Origin: a virus
IMG/VR virus record: IMGVR_UViG_3300045988_183134
Location: 96,001-160,000 of that record
Direction: 5' to 3' (one strand)
DNA length: 64,000 nucleotides
Positions within the stretch are counted from its first letter, which is position 1. Every line of letters starts with the position of its first letter. The notes beneath the pieces are model-generated. The model was not told where the DNA came from. It did no database searches and saw only the letters and a list, made by a program, of their open reading frames with translations. A program made the translations under genes and the position numbers. Positions 25,233 through 33,908 of the stretch are shown piece by piece.

Positions 25233-27653
25233 GTGAACATCAAAAAAGCGGCTGCGAGTTTTCTATTTATGATTTTTGCCATGGTATGTAATGTGTCCAT
25301 GGCATTTGCAAGCTGGGGTGGCATGGGCTACAAAAACTGCGTGCTGTGCGGCGCATTGGTAACGCCTATGCCTACATATGGTGGCACACAGAAGTACACT
25401 GAATTCTACAACTGTGAAGAAGTTGAGGGCCTAACATCGAGCACAACTCAACGATATGCCCTGAAAAATATGTACGTTGTCAGCAACGCAGATGGCGTTA
25501 TCTGCACAAATTGCGTTGAACGTATTATCAGCGAACACAAAGGCGGCACGGGCGGTGAAGTTGATGAATCAGTGTACATCATTACCGTTCCCGAATCAGT
25601 GACACTAAGCAATGAAAACGGTGGCACTGGAGATTATGCTAACACCGTTTCTATCAAGGCAACGGGCAAACTGCTGACAAACCAGAAAGTATTTTTTAAT
25701 ACCTCTGCTCCGACCATGCACCGCGACGGCAGCACCGATGTTGTCTGCACCGCCACTGCTACCACTGCAACAGAATGGGACGCAACTGCTGTAAAAGGGA
25801 AAACTGCACAAACCGATTATTCCGTGACTGCGCACCTCACTCCAGGCGAATGGACCGGCAATATGGTGTTTTACGCTTCGGTAGGAGATACCTATACAGT
25901 TGAGGTAGGAGACAATTCTGTATTGCTTTCTCCTGCTTATGAGGATAAAACTCATATTGTATTTGAATCCGATAACCCCTCCGTGGCTTCCATTAGTTCG
26001 GACGGCCATATTATCGCTTCGGCAATCGGAACTGCGAACATCACGAAGACCGCATATGACAGTACCGGGACTCGCGTCATCTATTCGTCCAAATACACCA
26101 TCAATGTCACGGCGCAGATGCCGTTGATGGATGTGAGCCGTCTTGCTTCTGTATTGACGACTCTTTCCTCTCAGGGAAAAAACATCACCGTTATTTCGTT
26201 CGGCAATTATACAGTTCCGGGCAATGCAACGACCTATGACGTATCCGGCCAGGGTGACAAATCGATTGTCGCGTATGTTCCGACCACGATGTATGGCGGC
26301 TGGTGGTGGGGCGTTCAGAATGGCACAGAGCTTCGAGTGACAGATACGAACCGTGATATGGTGGCGTTTGCTTCCGGTAACAGCGTTTGCTTCAAAAGCG
26401 GTGCGTCTGACACTTCTACGGTTTTTGACAATATCAAGACCATTAACTTTGATGCAGTTGACACGACTCGCGTGACATCCGCTGCTTACGCATTCTATAA
26501 CATGAAGTCACTAACTACAATTACTGGACTCAGCCGTTGGGATACCAGTAAAATCACGACGATGAACAGCATGTTCAAGGGATGCACAGGACTTAAAAGC
26601 CTTGATTTCAGCAGCTTTAACACCAAAAATGTCACGGATTTCTCCAGTATGATGTATGGATGCACGGGTCTTTCGAAAATCACGGTCGCGGATACTTTTG
26701 CGACAGCTTATCTCCCGACTCCGGGCTTTTCCACGGGCTTTACCTACGTGAGCAGCAAGATGGGTCTTACCATTGCCGGAAACCCTTCCAGCGCTTTGAG
26801 CAGCTATAATTTCACTTCCGATAACCGTACCGTGACATACGATACTTCTACCGCATCTGATGATGAGTCCGATAATGAATTTCCGAACGAGGATTCCGAC
26901 AGCACCGTGGCACCTGCGCCGACAGCTTCGATGAACGTTTCAAACCTGGCGCAGGCAATGACGCAGCTCAAGGAATCCGGGACTGAAATCAAGGCGATTT
27001 CCTTTGGCGGCTATCAGGTCCCGGAATCGGCCAAAGTATTTGATGTCTCTGGAATCGGCTCCAGTACAATTCTGGCTTTTGTAAAAGAAGGCGAGAACCG
27101 GCTCTACGTCACGAATTCGGCTGGCGGAACACTTGTCTTTGGTGAGGGAAACAGCATTTCTTTTGATGAAAATGAGGCATTTGCCGACATTGAAAACATC
27201 GAGTATCAGAACGTTGATACTTCGCAGGTGACTTCTGCGGCATCTGCTTTTTCCGGGATGAAGAAGCTCACCAGCATTGGTGGATTAGAGAACTGGAACA
27301 TGTCGAACATCACTACGATGAACAGGATGTGTTATCAGTGTGAGGCTTTGCAGTCTATTGCCGGGATGGAGAAGTGGGATACCTCGAAAGTAACTGATAT
27401 GAGTGAAGCTTTTGCCGGTTGTCTTTCTCTCTCGGATGCTTCGCCGACAGATGGCTGGGATACCAGCAGCGTGACGAACAAAGAGAACATGTTTGCTGGC
27501 GCACTGTGCGAAAAAGCACCGGAGATAGCCAATGATACAGAGAACACTGATACTGATGCGGATTCGTCTGAGGGAAATTCCGAGCAAGCTGAAAGCAAAG
27601 CAAAAAACAAAGAGGGTCAACAACCCCCGCCTAAACCGGTTCACCGGTTATAG
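25233..27653 (+). CDS. large secreted surface protein: 4-Cys module, paralog-family domain (P4), Big_2-like domain, two BspA/DUF285-type LRR blocks
   Basis: GTG start with signal peptide ...CNVSMAFA. Cys motifs are NCVLCG...ICTNCVE. The P4 domain is YIITVPESVTL...HLTPGEWTGN. The Big_2-like part is NPSVASISSDGHIIASAIGTANIT. The LRR parts are W(D/N)TSK(I/V)T.M..MF..C..L repeats at about 26.4-26.7 and 27.2-27.5 kb. The last 9 codons and the stop lie in the IscB-element left-end hairpin. Confidence 0.8.
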   Translation: MNIKKAAASFLFMIFAMVCNVSMAFASWGGMGYKNCVLCGALVTPMPTYGGTQKYTEFYNCEEVEGLTSSTTQRYALKNMYVVSNADGVICTNCVERIISEHKGGTGGEVDESVYIITVPESVTLSNENGGTGDYANTVSIKATGKLLTNQKVFFNTSAPTMHRDGSTDVVCTATATTATEWDATAVKGKTAQTDYSVTAHLTPGEWTGNMVFYASVGDTYTVEVGDNSVLLSPAYEDKTHIVFESDNPSVASISSDGHIIASAIGTANITKTAYDSTGTRVIYSSKYTINVTAQMPLMDVSRLASVLTTLSSQGKNITVISFGNYTVPGNATTYDVSGQGDKSIVAYVPTTMYGGWWWGVQNGTELRVTDTNRDMVAFASGNSVCFKSGASDTSTVFDNIKTINFDAVDTTRVTSAAYAFYNMKSLTTITGLSRWDTSKITTMNSMFKGCTGLKSLDFSSFNTKNVTDFSSMMYGCTGLSKITVADTFATAYLPTPGFSTGFTYVSSKMGLTIAGNPSSALSSYNFTSDNRTVTYDTSTASDDESDNEFPNEDSDSTVAPAPTASMNVSNLAQAMTQLKESGTEIKAISFGGYQVPESAKVFDVSGIGSSTILAFVKEGENRLYVTNSAGGTLVFGEGNSISFDENEAFADIENIEYQNVDTSQVTSAASAFSGMKKLTSIGGLENWNMSNITTMNRMCYQCEALQSIAGMEKWDTSKVTDMSEAFAGCLSLSDASPTDGWDTSSVTNKENMFAGALCEKAPEIANDTENTDTDADSSEGNSEQAESKAKNKEGQQPPPKPVHRL

Positions 27654-27659
27654 ACGGGG

Positions 27660-27924
27660 CTTGCGGGGCAACCCGTAAGCCCGGTTGATTAGCCTAAGTC
27701 TGCTGCTCCAGCGGCAGGAAACTACGTTGTGTACTAATAATATAGGCACCTTACTCATGCTCCACAAGTGGTGAGCTCTGCGGATGTTTGTTAAAAATCT
27801 CTGAGGGTAGGAGACGTGCAAACATCATACCGAAAGGTAAAACAGTACAACAACATTGGCGATGTGGACCACGGGGCGCAAGCCCTGACTTATCGATTCA
27901 TTATTTACGAAAGGAGTACCTTGC
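27660..27924 (+). ncRNA. candidate IscB omega-RNA
   Basis: A 265-nt non-coding, GC-rich, hairpin-dense stretch lies between the left-end hairpin and the iscB ATG. Examples are gcggggcaacccgt, ccacggggcgcaagccctg and ctgctgctccagcggcag. This position is expected for IscB guide RNAs. Confidence 0.45.
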
Positions 27925-29295
27925 ATGAGCACTTGCGTTTGTGTTCTCAGCAACAGTGGTGAACGCTTAATGCCTACCATCCGTCTTGGCAAGGTACGCC
28001 GACTCTTGAAAGACGGAAAAGCAAAAATCGTCAAGCATCATCCTTTTACTATTCAACTGCTGTATGACAGCAAAACGAACACACAACCCATCGAAATCTG
28101 CGAAGACGTGGGCTACAACTACATCGGCATCAGCGTAAAAAGCGAATCCCACGAATATGTGTCTGCCCAGTATGATACATTACAGGATGAGAAAGCCTGC
28201 CACGACAGTTGTCGTAAGTTGCGCCGAACCCGCAGAAATAGACTGCGCTACCGTAAACCGCGCTTCGATAACCGCAAGCGCGGCGAAGGTTGGCTTGCAC
28301 CTTCTCTGGAACATAAGAAGCAGCTGAATATCCGTCTTATCGAACGGTATGTATCTGTAATCCCGATTACTCATGCAACGGTTGAAGTTGGTTCTTTTGA
28401 CACAATGTTGCTGCAAGCCATCCAGAAAGGCAAATCAAAACCGGAAGGTGTAGACTACCAGAAAGGTCCCCGCTACAACTTGGCAACTTTGCGTGAGGCA
28501 GTGTTCTACCGTGATAATTACACCTGCCAAGTTTTTGGACGCAAAATCGCGGATGGTGCCATTTTACATATGCACCACATGTTCTACTGGAAAGGAAGAC
28601 ACGGCTACCAGCTTGATGAGTTGGTTACAGCGTGTGAAAAATGCCACACGCCAGCAAATCATCAAAAAGGCGGCAAGCTCTTCGGTTTTGGCGAAGATAA
28701 AGAATTTGCCAATCTTTCAGGTGCAGCGTTTATGAACGCTGTTTGCTGGCAGATAGTAGATGCACTGCACGCCACATACGGTAAGGAATTTGTGACCATC
28801 ACTTATGGTGCGATGACAAAGGAAAAGCGAATCATTCTTGGCATAGAGAAAACCCACAACAACGATGCGTATGCAATGGGAGATTATCATCCGGTACATC
28901 GTTGCGTGTTTAGGCATTACCAAAAACGACGCAGAAACAATCGTGTGCTGGAAAAATTCTACGATGCCACTTATATCGACACCCGCACCGGTAACAAAGC
29001 AAAAGGTAAAGAACTTTTTAACGGCAGAATTAGCCGTAATCACAAAAAGAATTCTGAAGACCTGCACAAGTACCGCAGCAAAAAGGTGTCGAAGGGGCGT
29101 CGCTCTATAAGAAGACAGCGCTATGCAATTCAGCCATACGACACTGTGCGTCTCGAAAGTAAAACATACATTACAAGCGGGTGCCATAACAAAGGCACAA
29201 GACTTTTGATTCCTGCTAATGGGAAAAGTAAGTCCGTAGCAATTTCCAAAGTTCAAGTTGTTTGCCATGCGGGAGCATGGATACAAATCATTTAA
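27925..29295 (+). CDS. iscB: IscB (RuvC-HNH RNA-guided nuclease), 456 aa, apparently intact
   Basis: AAGGAG RBS. The PLMP-type N-terminus is SNSGERLMPTIRLGKVRRLLKDGKA. Split RuvC motifs are ICEDVGYNYIGISV, ATVEVGSFD and THNNDAYAMG. The HNH-like insert is YTCQVFG...HMHHMFYW...ACEKCH. Confidence 0.8.
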   Translation: MSTCVCVLSNSGERLMPTIRLGKVRRLLKDGKAKIVKHHPFTIQLLYDSKTNTQPIEICEDVGYNYIGISVKSESHEYVSAQYDTLQDEKACHDSCRKLRRTRRNRLRYRKPRFDNRKRGEGWLAPSLEHKKQLNIRLIERYVSVIPITHATVEVGSFDTMLLQAIQKGKSKPEGVDYQKGPRYNLATLREAVFYRDNYTCQVFGRKIADGAILHMHHMFYWKGRHGYQLDELVTACEKCHTPANHQKGGKLFGFGEDKEFANLSGAAFMNAVCWQIVDALHATYGKEFVTITYGAMTKEKRIILGIEKTHNNDAYAMGDYHPVHRCVFRHYQKRRRNNRVLEKFYDATYIDTRTGNKAKGKELFNGRISRNHKKNSEDLHKYRSKKVSKGRRSIRRQRYAIQPYDTVRLESKTYITSGCHNKGTRLLIPANGKSKSVAISKVQVVCHAGAWIQII

Positions 29296-29410
29296 ATGTT
29301 GAAAGGAGGTAAGCAGGAAATGCTGTATCTTAGTCTTTTCTAAGAAGCGCATTCCTCCCCACCTAAGCCTTACGGCTATAGATGGGGTGTCCTGCTCCAT
29401 AATTATGAAC

Positions 29411-30103
29411 ATGAAGGCTATCAAGCGCTTTGCTATGCTTTTGGCAGTGCTGTCTCCTTTTCTTTTGAATGTGTCGTTCGGATTTGCCGATACCGCTACA
29501 CGGACATGTTCGGTCTGTGGGCAGAAATTCACTGTGACAACCCCGGCCGCTGATGACGCCAAAACATTCGAGGCGTACAACAAGGTAAACTCGATTAAAG
29601 GCGTTGAGTCGGATAAGAGCGCTACTTATACCGCAATTACGGATGCAAATGTCTATGCAACGACCATTAACGGAAAGCCTCTGTGCTCGAATTGTCTGAG
29701 TACGATGGGCGCTGCTACTTCTACCGGTAAAGGATTGCCGAAAACGGCTTCCACTCAGCTGCTTGCGAGCGCAACGGCGGTCTATACGATTACGGTTCCC
29801 GAAACTGTTAAGCTGACAGGCGTTGACAGTGGCCCTGGCTCATATACGGCTGACATCACCATGACTTTGAAAGGTGATGTCGAGGAGAATGCGGTGATTG
29901 TGGTATCTGTGGACGGTGGAACCATGACCAACACTGCGGGCAAAACCGCTGCTGTCACGGTATCCAATCGGACCAAAAGCGAGTGGTCCCGAGCAGATTT
30001 GCTGAACGATGGAACGAGTGCAACTTGCAAAGTCTCTGCGGAGCTTGACCCCGGGCACTGGACCGGCACGGCAACATTCAGCTGCGAGAAACAGTATAAG
30101 TGA
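29411..30103 (+). CDS. secreted protein: 4-Cys module plus paralog-family domain (P5)
   Basis: ORF 29387..30103. ATG 29411 gives signal peptide MKAIKRFAMLLAVLSPFLLNVSFGFA. Cys motifs are TCSVCG...LCSNCL. Family blocks are YTITVPETVKL...ELDPGHWTGTATFSC. Confidence 0.75.
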   Translation: MKAIKRFAMLLAVLSPFLLNVSFGFADTATRTCSVCGQKFTVTTPAADDAKTFEAYNKVNSIKGVESDKSATYTAITDANVYATTINGKPLCSNCLSTMGAATSTGKGLPKTASTQLLASATAVYTITVPETVKLTGVDSGPGSYTADITMTLKGDVEENAVIVVSVDGGTMTNTAGKTAAVTVSNRTKSEWSRADLLNDGTSATCKVSAELDPGHWTGTATFSCEKQYK

Positions 30104-30130
30104 TGAATTTCTTGGAAAGGAGGGAACTGT

Positions 30131-30655
30131 ATGCGTTTGAAAGCTGTAGGGGCAGAAATTCTTGCCGCGCTGACGCTTGCCTGTCCAGTCTTAGCGTTCT
30201 CTGAACCAATTGGTTCGGATGACGCTGTCATAGATGCCGATGATACGATTGCGGCAGATACACCCGACTCGGATTCTAATGACACCGCCTGGCTGAGCGC
30301 TTCCAAGGATACTTCAACGCAGGTCACAGCGGAAGTGGACAGCTTTTATACATTGACCGTTCCGGAAGAAATCACGCTGAATGGTTCGGATGGTACTGGC
30401 ATCCAGACTGGCACAATTCCGGTCACTTTAATGGGGGATATCCCTCTCAAGGGAACTGTTCAAGTCAAAACCACTGCTACGCCTCTGCAGGCGAAAGGCT
30501 CTGTAGATGTGCCTATGACCATCGCAACACCAAAGGTTGAATGGAATCGCACTGAGATGCTCGGAGACGGAACGAGTTCAGACTATTCCGTAAGCGCAGT
30601 TCTTGCTCCTGGCGACTGGACTGGCACAGTGACGTTTGAATGCTTGGTGCAATAA
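30131..30655 (+). CDS. secreted protein, paralog family member P6 (174 aa) with an acidic N-terminal extension
   Basis: RBS GGAAAGGAGGG. Family blocks are YTLTVPEEITL, GTIPVTLMGD, SAVLAPGDWTGTVTFEC. Confidence 0.8.
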   Translation: MRLKAVGAEILAALTLACPVLAFSEPIGSDDAVIDADDTIAADTPDSDSNDTAWLSASKDTSTQVTAEVDSFYTLTVPEEITLNGSDGTGIQTGTIPVTLMGDIPLKGTVQVKTTATPLQAKGSVDVPMTIATPKVEWNRTEMLGDGTSSDYSVSAVLAPGDWTGTVTFECLVQ

Positions 30656-30672
30656 ATGCCAACAAATCTTAT

Positions 30673-30703
30673 ACCGCTTGCCCTTTTGGGTAGGCGGCTT
30701 TTT
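30673..30703. terminator. intrinsic terminator
   Basis: ccgcttgccc-tttt-gggtaggcgg followed by TTTTT. Confidence 0.6.
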
Positions 30704-30772
30704 GCTAGGTATTTGTTGTGCGTTCTGAACACGGCAGCTATGGCCTATCTTGTTTCCGGCATAAAAAGCAGG

Positions 30773-30834
30773 CACAATATATTGTGTTTTGGTATTGCAA
30801 TATACCATATATTGTGGTACAATATATCTACTGG
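30773..30834. promoter_or_regulatory. operator/promoter cluster: 14-bp perfect palindrome plus face-to-face extended -10 elements
   Basis: CACAATATATTGTG at 30773-30786. The reverse complement of 30799-30807 is TGGTATATT (minus strand). TGGTACAAT lies at 30815-30823 (plus strand). CAATATA/TATATTG half-sites are repeated. Confidence 0.45.
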
Positions 30835-30979
30835 CTCAAATGATAGCAAAGAACCTAAAGTTTGAGCATTTTCGTGTATGGCTATGAGACCGCTTCCTTC
30901 TACTTGAAGATAATATGAAATCATGTCAGCGGTTTCGCTCTCCGTCACGGCTCGAGAACATAACAATACGGCTATATAT

Positions 30980-31029
30980 CCGCTTCCTTCATTTCTAGAA
31001 GAACAAGGAAGTCGGCTCGCATTTTTTGT
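30980..31029 (+). terminator. leader terminator 1 upstream of 31144
   Basis: ccgcttcctt...aaggaagtcgg hairpin followed by cattttttg. Confidence 0.4.
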
Positions 31030-31088
31030 GCTGCTGACTTCAACACGTTAGCGGATATGCTTTCCGTATCTATTACGTGTCTCATCCA

Positions 31089-31121
31089 CCCGTGTCGAGT
31101 TTTTCTCGGCGCGGGATTTTT
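31089..31121 (+). terminator. leader terminator 2, immediately before the RBS of 31144
   Basis: cccgtgtcgag-ttttt-ctcggcgcggg-a-ttttt, then AGGAGG. Confidence 0.5.
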
Positions 31122-31143
31122 GTTTTGTTAGGAGGTCATTTGA

Positions 31144-33342
31144 ATGCTGACTGTTTATGATTTTAACCGCGTCACGTTTGCACATCATCGTGGCATCGTA
31201 CCACCCATGCCCGCACAAGAAGGGAAGAAAGCGGTGGAGAAACGCTATGTCTGTTCAGCGAACATGAAATTGATGGAATACGGCTATATTATGGCGCGAG
31301 ACCTCTTTGATGCCTGCTGCAAGGCCGAATACAATGATTTCCTCAAGACCTGGTCTGCGCTGTATGACTGTGTCACGGAGGATGGCAAGGCAATTTCTCA
31401 GACTTCTCCCATCTGGCCGAATTTCCCGGACGATGCGATGAAAGCCGACCTTGTGGACCTGTATGTTGTCAACTTCCTCAATTATCTGACCTGCGGCGAA
31501 TGGCAGCCAGACTTTGACCCAACAAAATTTTGCCCGGCACTGGACCGCAGCCATCTTCTTGCTGTGAAACAGATTCCGGCGTGTGATGAGGAGGAAATCT
31601 ACCGCTATTCCGTACAGAGCATTACCGGGCATTCTCCTCTGTCTCCTGACGAGGCGTCCTGCGTTTTCGATACTTTGATGCATGATATTGATTTCACATC
31701 TGAGCTGATGGACCGCATGAAACCCAAGCATATTCCATGCAAGGAAAATCTTGCTCTGTATGTGTCTCGCATTGTCTCTCGTCCCGAATGGCGGGAACAG
31801 GCATGCTTCCGGGATTTCAAGAGCTCTACCGATGTGCTGCGCCTGGCCGCAGCAATGAGCGACCAGGATGTGAGTCTTTCGAAAGCCCCGAAATTCCGGA
31901 ACTTTAAGCGCGGTGAACGTCGTCAGCTGCTGGAACTTCTGGAACACACTGATAAGAACGAGGGCTTTGCATTGCATCCCGAAGAGTTCAAGCGATTGGG
32001 CGAACGCCTGCATCCGGGTGATTACTCTTATGTCTTCAAGGAAGATTATGAGATTTTTACGAAGATTCGCAATGGTGTCAAGATTGAAACCTACAATTCC
32101 AAGCTCCAAGAACTTATGAAGAAACCGGTCAATGCTGAACTGCTTTCCGCTCACCTGATGATGCGGCCCGGTATGTTTGCCCGAAACCTGGACTTTGCAC
32201 TGCGCAACTGCTCCAATGAACAGCAGATGGAAAATGTTCTGTTCCGATTCATCTCGGTATGCAAGAGTATTGAACCGCGTGTCCTGGTCCAGCTCATCAA
32301 CCATTTTCGGAATCGCAACAATCCTGTGCATTTGGCAACCGGCAAGGCAAACGGCGCTGCCAGCAAAGCTCTGGAACGGGACATTGAACCTTTGTCTGAG
32401 GATATCTGCAAACGTGTGGCACGCGATATCTTTAACCAGCTGTGGCAGGTCCTTCGCGCAGAGGACACCGAACCGAAGAGCGTGTACATCGACCCGGATT
32501 GCCATTGCAATAAGCTGATTTTTCCGGATAATCCCCGTCAGGTCACTTCCGCCGTACGTGCTGCAGCCTGCGGCTCTCGCACGAATCTGTCGGACGGAAA
32601 TGTGCTCCGTGCATTCCTTTACTGGAAGGGAAACGATGGCCCTGACCTGTGGAATGGCATCGACCTGGACCTCTCGGTTGTGTTCTACGGAGAGGAAAAA
32701 GCAAAGTTCGTGTACTACGCGAATCCCAAGGACGAAACACTTGGCGCAATCCACTCCGGCGACCGCCGCTGCAGCGGTAAGAATGGTGCCGTTGAGTATG
32801 TAGATTTCGATATCAAGAAGTGCTTTCAGAATGGGTTCCGTTATGCCGCCCTCACTGTAAAATCCTACTCTGGGGAGAAGTTCTCTGAGATGGAGAACGC
32901 TTTCTGCGGCGTAATGGTTCGGGATGGCAAGACGGGTGAGCAGTTTGAACCTGCGACTGTCAAGGACCGCTTTGCTCTCACTACGGATTCTGACCAGCTC
33001 GTTATGGTCGTTATAGACCTCATGACCCGTGAAGTCATTACGGTGGATAAGAGCGTGGCTCAGTTCCGTTTGGCGTGCCGGAATGTTGTGACAGACTATG
33101 CACCTACAGTAGCAGCCTGCACCTACGCGATGCAGCTGAAGAGCCTGTCTATCAAGGAAATGCTCGGTATGCGCTATGCACAGTTCCTGAAAAGCGACGA
33201 CTGGAAACACGCAAGTGTTATCGTATCTGATGAACCTGAAAAGTTCAAGGTGACGAATAAGGATACTCCTGCGCCGCGCATTGTTAGCCCCTATGACATT
33301 CCGGGCATTTATGACCTGATTTTTGGCAAGGAAAATCAATAA
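31144..33342 (+). CDS. 732-aa protein with a C-terminal TerD-like domain; N-terminal ~480 aa unknown
   Basis: GIDLDLSVVFYGEEKAKFVYYANPKDETLGAIHSGDRRCSGKNGAVEYVDFDI matches the TerD-type pattern (DLDxS...F.N...HSGD...E.i.vdl). Confidence 0.6.
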   Translation: MLTVYDFNRVTFAHHRGIVPPMPAQEGKKAVEKRYVCSANMKLMEYGYIMARDLFDACCKAEYNDFLKTWSALYDCVTEDGKAISQTSPIWPNFPDDAMKADLVDLYVVNFLNYLTCGEWQPDFDPTKFCPALDRSHLLAVKQIPACDEEEIYRYSVQSITGHSPLSPDEASCVFDTLMHDIDFTSELMDRMKPKHIPCKENLALYVSRIVSRPEWREQACFRDFKSSTDVLRLAAAMSDQDVSLSKAPKFRNFKRGERRQLLELLEHTDKNEGFALHPEEFKRLGERLHPGDYSYVFKEDYEIFTKIRNGVKIETYNSKLQELMKKPVNAELLSAHLMMRPGMFARNLDFALRNCSNEQQMENVLFRFISVCKSIEPRVLVQLINHFRNRNNPVHLATGKANGAASKALERDIEPLSEDICKRVARDIFNQLWQVLRAEDTEPKSVYIDPDCHCNKLIFPDNPRQVTSAVRAAACGSRTNLSDGNVLRAFLYWKGNDGPDLWNGIDLDLSVVFYGEEKAKFVYYANPKDETLGAIHSGDRRCSGKNGAVEYVDFDIKKCFQNGFRYAALTVKSYSGEKFSEMENAFCGVMVRDGKTGEQFEPATVKDRFALTTDSDQLVMVVIDLMTREVITVDKSVAQFRLACRNVVTDYAPTVAACTYAMQLKSLSIKEMLGMRYAQFLKSDDWKHASVIVSDEPEKFKVTNKDTPAPRIVSPYDIPGIYDLIFGKENQ

Positions 33343-33383
33343 AAAAGAAGCTGTTCTCCTGAAAACGGAGAGCAGCTTTTTCT
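33343..33383. terminator. bidirectional terminator between convergent genes
   Basis: A-run, then agctgttctcc-tgaaaac-ggagagcagct, then T-run. Confidence 0.7.
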
Positions 33384-33386
33384 TTG

Positions 33387-33725
33387 TCAGGATGATTTTG
33401 CAAGAGAAGCGTTGGCAATATCCTTTTCGATTTCATCAAACTGATACAGCAAAAAATGCTTGCAATTTCTTAATTGGATGTCTAACCGTCTTTTGGTCAC
33501 CTTTTTGTCTTTAACCATGTCGAGATAATCTTTGGCTGGAGACATATCCGGGTTAAAAAGAACACATCCCAAATTTACCTGGCACTTGGCATACAGCTCA
33601 CGCACTTCACAGCAGCGGGTCATATGCTCGTCTTTACGTCTCACACTCCAGCGAGCGGAACGCAATGCACGATAGCAGTTTTGCAATGCCGTGGTGCTGT
33701 AAATCCTTTTCTCTGCAACCATCAT
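33387..33725 (-). CDS. small basic protein (112 aa), possible regulator
   Basis: 3' part of ORF 33387..33860. ATG 33725/33722 follows GGAGGG, with an extended -10 about 25 nt upstream. The product is basic, with four Cys. No family recognised. Confidence 0.5.
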   Translation of the reverse strand: MMVAEKRIYSTTALQNCYRALRSARWSVRRKDEHMTRCCEVRELYAKCQVNLGCVLFNPDMSPAKDYLDMVKDKKVTKRRLDIQLRNCKHFLLYQFDEIEKDIANASLAKSS

Positions 33726-33749
33726 TTCCCTCCGACTTTTTATGAGAAA

Positions 33750-33758
33750 ATTATACCA
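33750..33758 (-). promoter_or_regulatory. extended -10 promoter (AAATATATGGTATAAT class)
   Basis: The reverse complement reads aaatataTGGTATAAT and drives 33725<-. Confidence 0.55.
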
Positions 33759-33880
33759 TATATTTATGAATTGACTATGACAAAAGGTGGTAAAACCATC
33801 AAATATATGGTAAAAAACGCGAAGGCAAGAAAAATTTTGAAAAAAGTGAAAAAAATGCAAAAAAAACGTGATGTTTGTGC

Positions 33881-33908
33881 TTGCGTGGGTGTGCGAGTCG
33901 CAGATAAT
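33881..33908 (+). promoter_or_regulatory. TGTGCGAA-box promoter, copy m (box TGTGCGAG)
   Basis: TTGCGT-ggg-TGTGCGAG-tcgca-GATAAT-aaaatc, preceded by an A-tract. It lies 300 nt upstream of ATG 34209. Confidence 0.5.

Larger units (their letters stand above)
27625..29395 (+). mobile_element. IS200/IS605-family IscB-only element (no TnpA)
   Basis: It is bounded by same-orientation imperfect hairpins CCCCGCCTAAaccggttcaccggtTATAGACGGGG (27625-27659) and CCCCACCTAAGccttacggCTATAGATGGGG (29357-29387). Confidence 0.65.

Noticed and set aside
27625-29411. Idea that the IscB element split one gene into the 806-aa and 238-aa proteins
   Set aside because: The downstream protein has its own RBS-proximal Met and a complete signal peptide. 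The IS more likely landed in the short intergenic space and the extreme 3' end of the upstream gene.
10585-29583. Other long minus-strand ORFs (10585-11487, 11740-12525, 15028-16179, 16277-16972, 22739-23674, 28717-29583) and 53603-54826
   Set aside because: Each lies wholly antisense to a + strand gene with better start signals and recognisable features (topB, iscB, signal peptides, lipobox). This recurs because the sense strand avoids codons whose complements are stops.
30578-30966. Small ORFs 30578-30808 (-), 30656-30865 (+) and 30745-30966 (-)
   Set aside because: They lie in the terminator, operator and leader region, lack an RBS, and overlap palindromes and promoters.
31255-33339. 694-aa minus-strand ORF
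   Set aside because: It is antisense to the TerD-like gene, which has an RBS, a leader and a recognisable domain.
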